A stretch of DNA of 64,000 nt, from contig OY820579.1 of NCBI GenBank assembly GCA_963681965.1, positions 1,056,001 through 1,120,000 on the forward strand. Direction: 5' to 3'. A program made the position numbers and the translations under genes. Every line of letters begins with the position of its first letter. Positions within the stretch are counted from its first letter, which is position 1. This stretch comes from a bacterium. GTDB lineage: Bacteria > Electryoneota > JAOADG01. The notes under the pieces were generated by a model. It did not search any database. It had not been told where the DNA came from and saw nothing but the letters and a program-made list of their open reading frames with translations. Below, piece by piece: positions 28,801-37,373 of this stretch.

Positions 28801-29589
28801 AATCGATTAGGAACATCTTCATTCGGTGGAGCGGTTTCACATCGGACTCAGCAAAATTCTGCTTCTGCCGATGGATGGTGCGACATCGCAATTAACCAGA
28901 ATACTCGAATTTGGTATCTGGAAAATGGGATCGAAGTGAAGGGTCGCACGATCAGGATAGTTCGAAATTTATCCCCACTGAATTACTGGTCAGTGCAATA
29001 TCGATCATTTGATTTTCAGACCGGTGATTTTTGGATGAGGGGTGGGTTGCCTGCAGCGACTCCATTGTTAGACCCCGATGCATTTCAATTATCTGCGCAG
29101 TGGCAAGAAAAAAGTAATCCTTGGATTCAAGCAATGCGCGTTCAACTTGCCAATAAAAAACATGGAATCTGGTCGTTCTTCACCGAAAAATCGGTTCATC
29201 GGATTTGGGGTAGCGAATGGCGAAACAAGCTGTTTGGAATAATGATTTCAAGTCGTTTGGCAGCGACTGATCGGATCGACCGCGGAAACCTATCGCTCGG
29301 ATACATTCAAAATAGATTTTCCGGATTATGGGAAGGATATCGAGATCCTGAAATTGGTGGTACTACACTCTCAATCGGGTACTTTTCTGAAAGTGGATCT
29401 TATTGGCGTATTTCTTCTGGGTGGGAACAACCGACAAATTGTTGGTTTCAAACACCTGCAAGAGGAGTGACATACGGCACAATTGAGTGTCAAAACAATA
29501 AGTCATCGTTTTATTCTCAAAGACTTGTATGGAGAATTGGTCAGGATTTAGACAAATCTGCCGAAGGAGGAATTACCTTACGCTGGTGA
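25849..29589 (+). CDS. Heparinase II/III-like polysaccharide lyase with long C-terminal beta-strand-rich extension
   Basis: Signal peptide ending THIARA. PNNH, DGVYREGPGYA, PFDDS and RHEQIDPGN lyase-type motifs. The C-terminal ~400 aa are rich in Trp/Gly beta-strands and end GITLRW. Start uncertain. Confidence 0.62.
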   Translation: MMTTMRFKTKIGLTRGIINRAWFSWLFLLAIVGITHIARASDLFDVSERALINGIGRPLPVGELINLKRSPIVLPNPPQIEAGKLVFADPAQRIALRWRVELDENLSIILKRATQEAIAIENQSKASDLAHSALLLALTSIAYSDSIAANEAWTRLQSLPPVPKSGGPSENDSGQPWGDLLDGSSALANAALAFDILRDRRPSLEQVAFSRTIVAGAERIRNGIEFIGPNNHASSTGANLAVALCAISTEEWKNYPGKRLQLWRIAERLLQIGLAQIGSDGVYREGPGYAQLVLRDLSRLSLILQSKGLGNLLAEAPLRRFAKVTAQLSGNRGEPLPFDDSNPIGGNLWQQVAQLLPNETEISQYARAPVTLANSDALLEIARYTSPPNSVKLLNRSTAALYRDGGMALLRHAGSSPWLFVVAGEPQNRWTGRHEQIDPGNIVCQVGSSNLITSGGYGPGGVNDRDRAYWMSGNAQSGFLVDGDPLHLSIDDNPDECSPTWDGVVWNASELYARATWMQSGVRISRSVISVGERVILFDRIFFNPGIASKHIEAQFQLQGRVETIQSGKWRVIGSNGRDTLQLSSFPETFGEQFRGKASRDVFGTEPIVSLRLPIQSFRATILTPGETHTRSLISVKTDSSDKLQWEDSDGTNWSLHLIYTFGKQKIEISGRHPDGSEQHFMELIESDSSPTRQLHLRDMFGEALYPVPASLDSRGVLADSVELLTYRSVPVSSDNRADSLSHHYLPTDDRDGWFVVGSPRFHLQETLSPPLQSRLERLTTTPSHESMSRRLATWNREDRAALEAEIADSLANNLSRGVDSLGIGRPLSIAIAAIDATTDGFAPGKFRIPFDLDETITGFNQSDARIRAKGRWGSGLSLDRLRFDQASDQSDWAIERSAPFMGYERYRVEWNNRIWSIRGNHSDGVQSDLAADYRDSTWTIGSTLQRTRDDHYALQSIGSGRVWAYAGRGSDSLINLQGQIRLANRLGTSSFGGAVSHRTQQNSASADGWCDIAINQNTRIWYLENGIEVKGRTIRIVRNLSPLNYWSVQYRSFDFQTGDFWMRGGLPAATPLLDPDAFQLSAQWQEKSNPWIQAMRVQLANKKHGIWSFFTEKSVHRIWGSEWRNKLFGIMISSRLAATDRIDRGNLSLGYIQNRFSGLWEGYRDPEIGGTTLSIGYFSESGSYWRISSGWEQPTNCWFQTPARGVTYGTIECQNNKSSFYSQRLVWRIGQDLDKSAEGGITLRW

Positions 29590-29683
29590 CTCAACATCGT
29601 CCATCTTTATTCGATATATTATGAATAGATTCACCTTCCTCGCTTTTGAACAAATCAATGGTTACACATTTTGGAGCTTTCCC

Positions 29684-31753
29684 ATGATGAAATGGTATTC
29701 AATAATCATTCTCTTCTTCACAATCGCTACACTTGCAGTTGCTCAACCGATTTGGGAACCGACCAACGGTCCGTACGGGGGGGATATCAATGCAATAACA
29801 AGAGCTGAAGATGGTCGTCTCTTCGCCGGTACTTTTCTCGGTGGGTTGTATCTGTCGAATGATTCCGGATTGACTTGGTCGTATCAGAATTTTCGAGGAG
29901 AACCGATCAATGCATTGGCGATTTCGTTCGATGCCCAAGTCTTAGTTGGAACCCAATCACACGGTTTGCTCTACCAGCCCAACGGTCGAGAATGGGTAAA
30001 CATGATCGGCTCTTTGACCTACCAGAATGTCAGTGGAATTGCCGTCAATCAGGATAACGGTACGATTTACATCCTCGCTGGCGACCAGTACATGATTTCT
30101 TTCTCGGTTTATCAATCGACGGATTTCGGGGTGACATGGACTGCAATATCTCAGGGTCTGTCCAATGCATATTATTTTCAGGGACTCAGTATTGCTCCTA
30201 ACGGCGACCTGTATGGTGGTGGATTCGGTGAAATCTACCGACGCGCGAATAATGGCAGTACTTGGACGACTCAACGCTTAACACCGGCATCGGCTACAAT
30301 TGATTGTTTCGCATTTCAGGGCACTTCGATTTATGCCGGTGGTACCAGAGTATTTGCATCAACTAACAATGGCACCTCTTGGGTAGAGCGCGACACGATC
30401 ACTGGACGACCGATGGTGTACGCTTTGTCGGTAACACCATCGAACGAATTGTATGCCGCAACCAATCGTGGAGTGCATCGAAAACTCGCCACAACTGGTT
30501 GGAGCGGATCGCTAACCGATCACGGATTCTATGCACTCTATGCGCAAAATGCGGGCTGGATGGTTGCTGGAAGCCGAGCTGATGGTATCTTTCGTTCGAT
30601 CAACGGAAACACTTGGACAATGTCTCCCGGAATAACCGCAAATTCACCATTTACGATCGAATATCGAGGAACAAACGGATTGTATTTAGGAGCGACCAAT
30701 GGTGTGTTCCGATCGACCAACGATGGTGGTTCGTGGGCGCGAATTAGTTCACCGACGAAGGATATAAACTGCTTTGATGCTGCGGGAAGCGGTACACTGT
30801 ATGCCGGCTTTTCTTATGATGGGCTTTATCAATCTGCCGATAATGGCACGAGTTGGACTCGCGCAGGATTGGTCGATAGTAATCTGACCTTCGTCGTTAC
30901 TGCTCCGATGGGGAATCTGTATGCATCAACCGGGCGTACAATTTTGCGTTCATCCAACGGCGGAACATCTTGGACCACCTTTACCAATACAGTCTCTAGT
31001 GTTTACACCATTTACGTTGTACCGTCGTTGATTCCCGAATCGTGGGGATTGTTGATTGGAACAAATGCCGGTATCTATAGCTGTTTGGAAGATGGGCGGA
31101 ATTGGGCTTTCTCCGGCTTGCAAACGGTGGCAGCATATCAAATTACGATGAATGGTGAAATGAATTTATTCGCTGCCACATCTCAAGGTGTTTTTCGATC
31201 GACTAATGGCGGTCAGAGTTGGAGTCAGACACCATTTCACCAGGCATCGACAAGAATTGTCGGTACGCAAGAAGGAGTACTCTTCTTTAATAGTGACTCT
31301 GGCGTCTACCGCTCGGCAGATAACTGCGCGACTTGGTCACTGATGAATCAGGGATTGAGTTCGCATGGAATTTCTACGATGTGTATCACTCCGACGGGAA
31401 GATTATTTGCAGGAATCATCGGTGAACCGGTCTATCGTACCCAAGGATCGGCTGTTGGTGTTCCGGAACCTGCTCTTACAGAATTACCAACTCGCGCAAT
31501 TCTCCGTCCGAATTATCCCAATCCATTTAACTCGACAACAATGATTTCTTACGATCTACCGCAAGCGAGCATTACTCAGTTGGAAATATTCAACGCGAAC
31601 GGTCAGTTGGTGACGACGCTTCATGCCGGAATGCAAACCGCTGGCACACATGAGATTGCGTGGCACGCGACCAATCTCTCTAGTGGGATTTATTGGTCGA
31701 AATTGACGGTAGGAAGCAACAGCTATTCACGGAAAGTATTATTATTAAAGTAG
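29684..31753 (+). CDS. Secreted BNR/Asp-box beta-propeller protein with C-terminal sorting (T9SS-type/FlgD-Ig) domain
   Basis: GGAG RBS before ATG 29684 and a signal peptide. Repeated SxDxGxxW Asp-boxes. C-terminal NYPNPFNSTTMISYDLP..LSSGIY..KVLLLK. Confidence 0.85.
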   Translation: MMKWYSIIILFFTIATLAVAQPIWEPTNGPYGGDINAITRAEDGRLFAGTFLGGLYLSNDSGLTWSYQNFRGEPINALAISFDAQVLVGTQSHGLLYQPNGREWVNMIGSLTYQNVSGIAVNQDNGTIYILAGDQYMISFSVYQSTDFGVTWTAISQGLSNAYYFQGLSIAPNGDLYGGGFGEIYRRANNGSTWTTQRLTPASATIDCFAFQGTSIYAGGTRVFASTNNGTSWVERDTITGRPMVYALSVTPSNELYAATNRGVHRKLATTGWSGSLTDHGFYALYAQNAGWMVAGSRADGIFRSINGNTWTMSPGITANSPFTIEYRGTNGLYLGATNGVFRSTNDGGSWARISSPTKDINCFDAAGSGTLYAGFSYDGLYQSADNGTSWTRAGLVDSNLTFVVTAPMGNLYASTGRTILRSSNGGTSWTTFTNTVSSVYTIYVVPSLIPESWGLLIGTNAGIYSCLEDGRNWAFSGLQTVAAYQITMNGEMNLFAATSQGVFRSTNGGQSWSQTPFHQASTRIVGTQEGVLFFNSDSGVYRSADNCATWSLMNQGLSSHGISTMCITPTGRLFAGIIGEPVYRTQGSAVGVPEPALTELPTRAILRPNYPNPFNSTTMISYDLPQASITQLEIFNANGQLVTTLHAGMQTAGTHEIAWHATNLSSGIYWSKLTVGSNSYSRKVLLLK

Positions 31754-31830
31754 TAATCACTTTAAAAAATATCTTGCGATTGAACCCCGAGTGTTCTATA
31801 GTGGTTCTTGAATATTAGTTGTTATCGGTA

Positions 31831-31950
31831 GTAGGGGCGGATCCCCGCATCCGCCCGCAGGTCAGGCGAAGCCTGACACCAAATCGTGTCAAATTATTTT
31901 CATGAGTTTCATCTCGCAGGGGTAGTGTCGATCTCCGAATCGGCGATTTT
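31831..31950. repeat. Cluster of GTAG-type REP-like palindromes
   Basis: GTAG-GGGCGGAT-ccccgc-ATCCGCCC (31831-31856), GTCAGGC-gaa-GCCTGAC (31861-31877) and an imperfect GTAG-TGTCGAT-ctccga-ATCGGCG (from 31922). Confidence 0.55.
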
Positions 31951-32107
31951 CCCTTTTCCCTAGCTTGAAAATCGATACTTTAATAACAGCGATCTTCAGA
32001 AGTCTCCGACTATGCAATCATCAACAGCCTTTTACAAACACTTGATTATTTATGAGATTTCATATACATTGATTTTACAATAAACAATCCTCATGATAAG
32101 GTGATAA

Positions 32108-32728
32108 ATGACAAATACTGATCAAAACGCTCCTAACAGTCCTCTTCGGCAAGAGTATACATGCGAACGGAACTTATATATCCAACTTATGAGTGAGCAG
32201 TCCAAACTATTTGATAATTCCATTTTAACAATATCCTCAGCAGCCATCGGTATTGGTTTTCTCCTAATTAAAGATCTCCAATTCCGAAGCTCGATGTGGC
32301 TTATTTGGGTTAGTTTAGTACTCTTTGTTGTGTGCATAATACTAGTACTTTATTCTTTCCAAACAAGTCAATCTTGGTTGAGCCAACGAATTAACAATCT
32401 TGATAGGAGACTAGAGAATGATAAAGAACTGCCAGAAAGTGAAGGCATTACAGATCTATTGAATAAAATATGTTGGAGAATATTTATTATAGCCGTTTTG
32501 CTGGAATGCTTTTTTGTTTACGTAAACGTAGGAGAGAAAATGTCGAATGAACCAAAGCCCGAATCGATATCTAAGGTTATATCAAATGATCTTAATCGAG
32601 GGCTACCACAATTTCCAAAACAGGTTCCACCCAGTCCTTCTACAACCACTACCGCAACTACCACTACACCAACACAAAACACGAACTCCCCTTCGAGTTC
32701 TCCACAGGGAGATACACCCAAGAAATAA
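32108..32728 (+). CDS. Hypothetical membrane protein (three hydrophobic segments, Pro/Thr-rich tail)
   Basis: AAGGTG RBS and three TM-like stretches. Visibly more AT-rich than flanking genes. Confidence 0.7.
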   Translation: MTNTDQNAPNSPLRQEYTCERNLYIQLMSEQSKLFDNSILTISSAAIGIGFLLIKDLQFRSSMWLIWVSLVLFVVCIILVLYSFQTSQSWLSQRINNLDRRLENDKELPESEGITDLLNKICWRIFIIAVLLECFFVYVNVGEKMSNEPKPESISKVISNDLNRGLPQFPKQVPPSPSTTTTATTTTPTQNTNSPSSSPQGDTPKK

Positions 32729-32768
32729 TCATAGTTAACTGAATTTCTAACTCCACTTCTAAAACAGA

Positions 32769-32793
32769 ACTACCCGTGAAAATCACGGGTAGT
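32769..32793. terminator. Hairpin between convergent genes, probable terminator
   Basis: Perfect 11-bp stem ACTACCCGTGA-aaa-TCACGGGTAGT. Confidence 0.7.
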
Positions 32794-32818
32794 ATTGTAA
32801 AAGTGTCCGGAGGTTGAA

Positions 32819-33157
32819 TTAGAACCGTCGTCCACCACCGCCGCCGCCGCCGAAGCCGCCGCCGCCGCCAGGACGACGATGTCCGCCGCCACTGCCGCCA
32901 CCACGAGGTGCTTCACTACGCGGGCGTGCTTCGTTGACGATCAACGAGCGACCCATGTGCTCTGCGCCATTCATATCTCGGATTGCATTAATTGCTTCCG
33001 TCTTACCCGGCATTTCCACGAACCCGAAACCACGGGATTCGCCACTATACCGATCCTTTACTACTGTAGCCGAACTGACGGTTCCGAATGGCTCAAAGGC
33101 CGCTCGTAAATCGTCATCCGTCGCGCTGTGCGACAGATTCCCAACATAAATATTAAT
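32819..33157 (-). CDS. RRM RNA-binding protein with Gly/Arg-rich tail; probable ATT start
   Basis: RNP2 IYVGNL, RNP1 RGFGFVEM and VNEARPR. AAAGGAG RBS 6 nt before the ATT that aligns with the family Met (MNIYVGNL). Confidence 0.9.
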   Translation of the reverse strand: MNIYVGNLSHSATDDDLRAAFEPFGTVSSATVVKDRYSGESRGFGFVEMPGKTEAINAIRDMNGAEHMGRSLIVNEARPRSEAPRGGGSGGGHRRPGGGGGFGGGGGGGRRF

Positions 33158-33320
33158 ATCGATCTCCTTTATCGATTCAATCCGCTCACCGTTGAGCGGC
33201 GATAAAGCAAGGTACAATGATTTTCATCGATTCCAAATTGTAACTCAAAAGAACAATTTTCGCCTCCGATTGGAGTAGAACATTGTGATCAATTCACAGT
33301 TTTGTGAAGTTTGTCACGAT

Positions 33321-33617
33321 TTAGGCGTTCACCCAAACGGCTAAAAGGGGCTGAAACTTGACCGGATTGAACTCTACAATCCGATGAAATGCCACATTTT
33401 GAATAGCATACGGATCATTTTTGAAGTAATCCTCGATTTGCTCGAAGTTTTGTGATCTTCCGATCACAATTCCGCCGTCACGAGGGTTCTTTGGTCCGGA
33501 ACAGAGCAGAATCCCCTTTTGATAACCAATATCCAAAAAAGCACGATGTTCGGCGATAACTGGTTCAACTTCATCGAATGGAACAGTAAACGTTATTTCA
33601 ATCAGAAAGTGTTTCAT
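33321..33617 (-). CDS. YciI-family protein
   Basis: EHRAFLD..G..L.SGP..PRDGG..DPY pattern. GGGAGA RBS. Confidence 0.85.
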   Translation of the reverse strand: MKHFLIEITFTVPFDEVEPVIAEHRAFLDIGYQKGILLCSGPKNPRDGGIVIGRSQNFEQIEDYFKNDPYAIQNVAFHRIVEFNPVKFQPLLAVWVNA

Positions 33618-33685
33618 TGGGTTCTCCCGAAAAAAGGCGCGATTAAACGCGCCTGAATAAAACTATCAACATTTTTTTTGAGTAT

Positions 33686-34522
33686 TTACCACTTGATGTC
33701 CTCGGCATAACTGAGCGCGACCGATCGATCTGGACTCGAGATGCCGTTCCGATTGCCCAATACATCCTTGCATTCGAACTGGATATAAATCTTATTAATA
33801 GCCCAACGTAATCCCAAATTCAAATATCCTTTACCGCGTCCGAGTGAGACAAACTGACCATTGTTTTTCTTGTTATCGTCGAGTGCGGCATTGTATTCAA
33901 CCAATGCAATCAACTCTTCGTTCAACGAGATATCGGCACCGAGTGATCCGGTCAAACCGCGATCGTCATTGGTTTCGACGCTGTTCCAGTTGACTGTGGC
34001 ATGTATTCCAAAATTACGATCGGTACCAAATTTGAAGTTCTTCGATGCCGCGATAAACAGTCCGGGTGCCTTGTATTCGTAACGACTCAAAGAATCGCTC
34101 CAGCGACCGCTTCCCTGATTGTCGTACCCCAATGCGAAGGCAGGTAGAGGTTCGGTTTCTTCCCAGATCCGATACTTTACCAAGACGCCGGGTTGCTTGT
34201 TACCGGTGATTTTACCGCGTCCAACGACATTCGTCCCGCCGTAGGATAAACCGAACATGGTTCGGCGAAAGAGACCGATACCCATGTGGAGTTGAATACC
34301 ACCTTCGGGATACACTCGCAGATCGGTATTGAATTCCGAGCGGTGATTGAGTCCCGCAGTTGGCATGTCGATCACCCGCAGTGGTTCGCGTTGCGCCGCT
34401 TCCGGGGCTTGAGCAAAGGCAGGGATCGTGACCATGAAAGCAGTGGCGAGAATTATCCAAAAGAAATAAACGGATCGAATTGGCGATAGTCCGATCGCAA
34501 GGTTCCGATTCGAAGCAGTCAT
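33686..34522 (-). CDS. YjbH-like outer-membrane beta-barrel protein
   Basis: Signal peptide. IDMPTAG, PAFALG, SKNF and GYLNLGLRW. Terminal Trp. Confidence 0.65.
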   Translation of the reverse strand: MTASNRNLAIGLSPIRSVYFFWIILATAFMVTIPAFAQAPEAAQREPLRVIDMPTAGLNHRSEFNTDLRVYPEGGIQLHMGIGLFRRTMFGLSYGGTNVVGRGKITGNKQPGVLVKYRIWEETEPLPAFALGYDNQGSGRWSDSLSRYEYKAPGLFIAASKNFKFGTDRNFGIHATVNWNSVETNDDRGLTGSLGADISLNEELIALVEYNAALDDNKKNNGQFVSLGRGKGYLNLGLRWAINKIYIQFECKDVLGNRNGISSPDRSVALSYAEDIKW

Positions 34523-34693
34523 CCCGTCTCCTGTGATTAGAATAGAAAAAGCTACGGATTTCGCAGAGAGCTGTCAAGAGCAGATCGTTCGTTTTTTTGT
34601 GAAAATCAGGCTTTCTGGTCAATATTTGAGATTGAACCTGCTCCTTACTACTTTGTTGGGGAGAGCTAACCAGAGGAAAGTTGCGGAGTCATC

Positions 34694-35473
34694 ATGATTT
34701 CTTTGAAAGACAAGATCGTATTTATCACCGGCGCCTCGGCGGGTATCGGAGAAAGCTGTGCTCGGGTATTTGCCCGTGAAGGGGCGAAACTACTGCTTAC
34801 CGCCCGTCGAATCGAACGATTGAAGAAACTCGAACCCGAGTTGCTCGCACTCGGAGCAACCGCGGTTCATTCCTTTGCGCTTGATGTTCGAAATTGGAAC
34901 AGTGTTTCAAAAGTACTCGATGGACTCCCGGAAGCATGGCGATCGATCGACATCCTCTTGAACAATGCCGGACTATCACGCGGTCTTGACAAAATCCACG
35001 AAGGAGATCTACAAGATTGGGAAGAGATGATCGACACCAATATTAAAGGTCTTTTGTATGTGACGCGTAAAATAACTCCGGGAATGGTGGAGCGTGGTTC
35101 CGGACATGTTATTCATATTGGCAGTATCTCCGGTACGGAAGTATATCCCGGTGGGAACGTCTATTGCGCGACAAAATTCGGTGTCCGAGCCCTGACGATG
35201 GGTATGCGCGTCGACCTGCTTGGTACCGGTGTCCGGGTCAGCAGTGTCGATCCCGGTCTGGTCGAAACTGAGTTTGCCACCGTTCGCTATCATGGCGATA
35301 CCGCTCGCGCGAAAACAACCTATAATGGAATGATCCCGCTGAATGGTGACGATGTCGCCGAAACTGTACTATTTGTCGCAACACGCCCGCCACATGTCAA
35401 CATCAACTTCTTGAATGTCATGCCTACCGATCAAGCTGGCGTCGCATTCGTTTATCGTGGACGGAGCGCATAG
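34694..35473 (+). CDS. Short-chain dehydrogenase/reductase, YdfG-like NADP-dependent 3-hydroxy acid dehydrogenase
   Basis: TGASAGIG, NNAG, YCATK and PGLVETEF. Confidence 0.9.
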   Translation: MISLKDKIVFITGASAGIGESCARVFAREGAKLLLTARRIERLKKLEPELLALGATAVHSFALDVRNWNSVSKVLDGLPEAWRSIDILLNNAGLSRGLDKIHEGDLQDWEEMIDTNIKGLLYVTRKITPGMVERGSGHVIHIGSISGTEVYPGGNVYCATKFGVRALTMGMRVDLLGTGVRVSSVDPGLVETEFATVRYHGDTARAKTTYNGMIPLNGDDVAETVLFVATRPPHVNINFLNVMPTDQAGVAFVYRGRSA

Positions 35474-35477
35474 CAGA

Positions 35478-37343
35478 ATGCCAACCTACGACCAGGAACT
35501 CGTTGATCGGATTCTGGCTGCCACCGACATTGTGGCGCTAGTCGGCTCGGTCGTACCGTTGACCAAACGGAGCGGGGATAACCTGTTCGGTCGCTGTCCA
35601 TTCCATAAAGAAAAAACCGCATCGTTTTCGGTAAATCGACGCAAGCAAATTTTCCACTGTTTCGGTTGCGGTGTCGGTGGCGATGCCATCGGTTGGTTGA
35701 TGCGGTATGAGAAAATCAACTTTCCCGAAGCGGTACGTCGTCTTGCCGAACAAGCCAAGATTGATCTCCCGCGTTACCGACCTAGCGGCGAAGACTCGCT
35801 CAACGAATCCCTATTTCGGCTTCATGAGGTTGCTCAGAAATTATTTTTAGAGCGACTTCGCGATTCCTCCAACACCAAAGCACAATCGGCGATGGATTAT
35901 TTACTCGGACGGGGACTGACCCCGGAGACCATCGATAGCTGTGGAATCGGACTTGCGCCGGATAGTTGGGATACTTTTGCGCTGCTGGCAATGCGGGAAG
36001 GATTTCGGATCGAGCAACTGTTGGGATCGGGTTTGTGCGGCAGGAACGATTCCGGCAATGTCTACGATCGGTTTCGAGATCGCATCACTTTCCCAATCCA
36101 GAATCTCTCGAATCGCATTGTCGGATTTGGCGCTCGTGTTCTTCCCGGAAAAGACGACGGCGCGAAATATCTTAACTCGCCCGAGACTGCAATCTACAAG
36201 AAGAGTGAAATCCTCTACGGTCTTCCATGGGCGCGAGATGAAATTCGGAAGCAGGATTCAGTCATTGTCGTCGAAGGGTATCTCGATCTGATTTCATTGC
36301 ATCAATTCGGAGTACAGAATGTTGTCGCAACCAGTGGAACCGCTCTGACCAACCGCCAAGCACGTCTCCTTCACCGCTTCTCGCCGAAAGTATTTTTAGT
36401 GTACGATGGCGACGAAGCCGGACGGCGAGCTTCGTTGCGCGGTGGTGACGTAATGATTGCCGAAGGACTCGATGTACATGTCGCCTTTCTTCCTGAAGGT
36501 GAGGATCCCGATACTTACGTTCAGAAATTCGGTGCCGAAGCATTTCATGGGTTACTGCTTCAAGGACAGGGATGGTTGGAGCATCAGTATGCTCACTTTG
36601 TGAGACTCGGAGCACTCAACTCACCTTCCGATACGGTTGCCGCTTTGCGAGAATTGATTCGGGTGTTGCGCGAGATGTCCGACTCGACGATTCAAAATTT
36701 CTGGGTGAAAAGAATCGCACAGCGGTTTCAGATCGCTGAATCGGTCGTGCGTCACGAATTGTCTCGCGGAACAATTGCTACCCGAAACGATGATGATGAG
36801 ACCGTCGATACACAGACTGAATGGAATGAAGACGAAGCGCAAATCATCGCATTTCTAGTAAAGTATCGCGAAACTCCGGAAGATTTCGAGTATCATAAAC
36901 GGATTCACCGCTGGCTAAAACCGGATATCTTCACAACACCTCCACTACGAGCGCTGTACGACTTGTTCGTTCGCAAATGGCTTGAAGAAAACGAATTCCC
37001 CGAGATCAGCGATTTAATAGCAACAGCGAAACTATTTCCCCAGCTTGAGGATTGGGTCAATTCGGTGCTGATGCAGAAGCTTTCGAAGATTCCCCATCAA
37101 CCAAACCCCTCGGTTATCGATGAAATCGACTTTTTTGAACACGATTTGGCAATGACCGAGGAAAAGATCCGTGTGCTGATGGTCCCGGTTTACGAGCGTC
37201 AAATTGAAGAGATTGAGTTTAAAATTGTGCGAGCATCGCAACAGGAATTACCAGAACTATTCCAATCGAAACATCAAGTGAACCGGATTATTAAACAACT
37301 TCAAAAAACAGGATTTTTGGCTATCTCGACCTCGGATCTTTAA
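35478..37343 (+). CDS. dnaG: DNA primase
   Basis: CHC2 zinc finger CPFH..CFGCG, DRFRDRITFPI, KYLNSPET and TOPRIM EGYLD/YDGD. Start moved to ATG 35478, just after the SDR stop. Confidence 0.96.
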   Translation: MPTYDQELVDRILAATDIVALVGSVVPLTKRSGDNLFGRCPFHKEKTASFSVNRRKQIFHCFGCGVGGDAIGWLMRYEKINFPEAVRRLAEQAKIDLPRYRPSGEDSLNESLFRLHEVAQKLFLERLRDSSNTKAQSAMDYLLGRGLTPETIDSCGIGLAPDSWDTFALLAMREGFRIEQLLGSGLCGRNDSGNVYDRFRDRITFPIQNLSNRIVGFGARVLPGKDDGAKYLNSPETAIYKKSEILYGLPWARDEIRKQDSVIVVEGYLDLISLHQFGVQNVVATSGTALTNRQARLLHRFSPKVFLVYDGDEAGRRASLRGGDVMIAEGLDVHVAFLPEGEDPDTYVQKFGAEAFHGLLLQGQGWLEHQYAHFVRLGALNSPSDTVAALRELIRVLREMSDSTIQNFWVKRIAQRFQIAESVVRHELSRGTIATRNDDDETVDTQTEWNEDEAQIIAFLVKYRETPEDFEYHKRIHRWLKPDIFTTPPLRALYDLFVRKWLEENEFPEISDLIATAKLFPQLEDWVNSVLMQKLSKIPHQPNPSVIDEIDFFEHDLAMTEEKIRVLMVPVYERQIEEIEFKIVRASQQELPELFQSKHQVNRIIKQLQKTGFLAISTSDL

Positions 37344-37373
37344 TCCTACCTCTTCCTATCGTATTTTCTTCTG

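Noticed and set aside
32825-32905. CCG/CCA trinucleotide run
   Set aside because: Encodes the Gly-rich tail of the RRM protein; not an independent repeat element.
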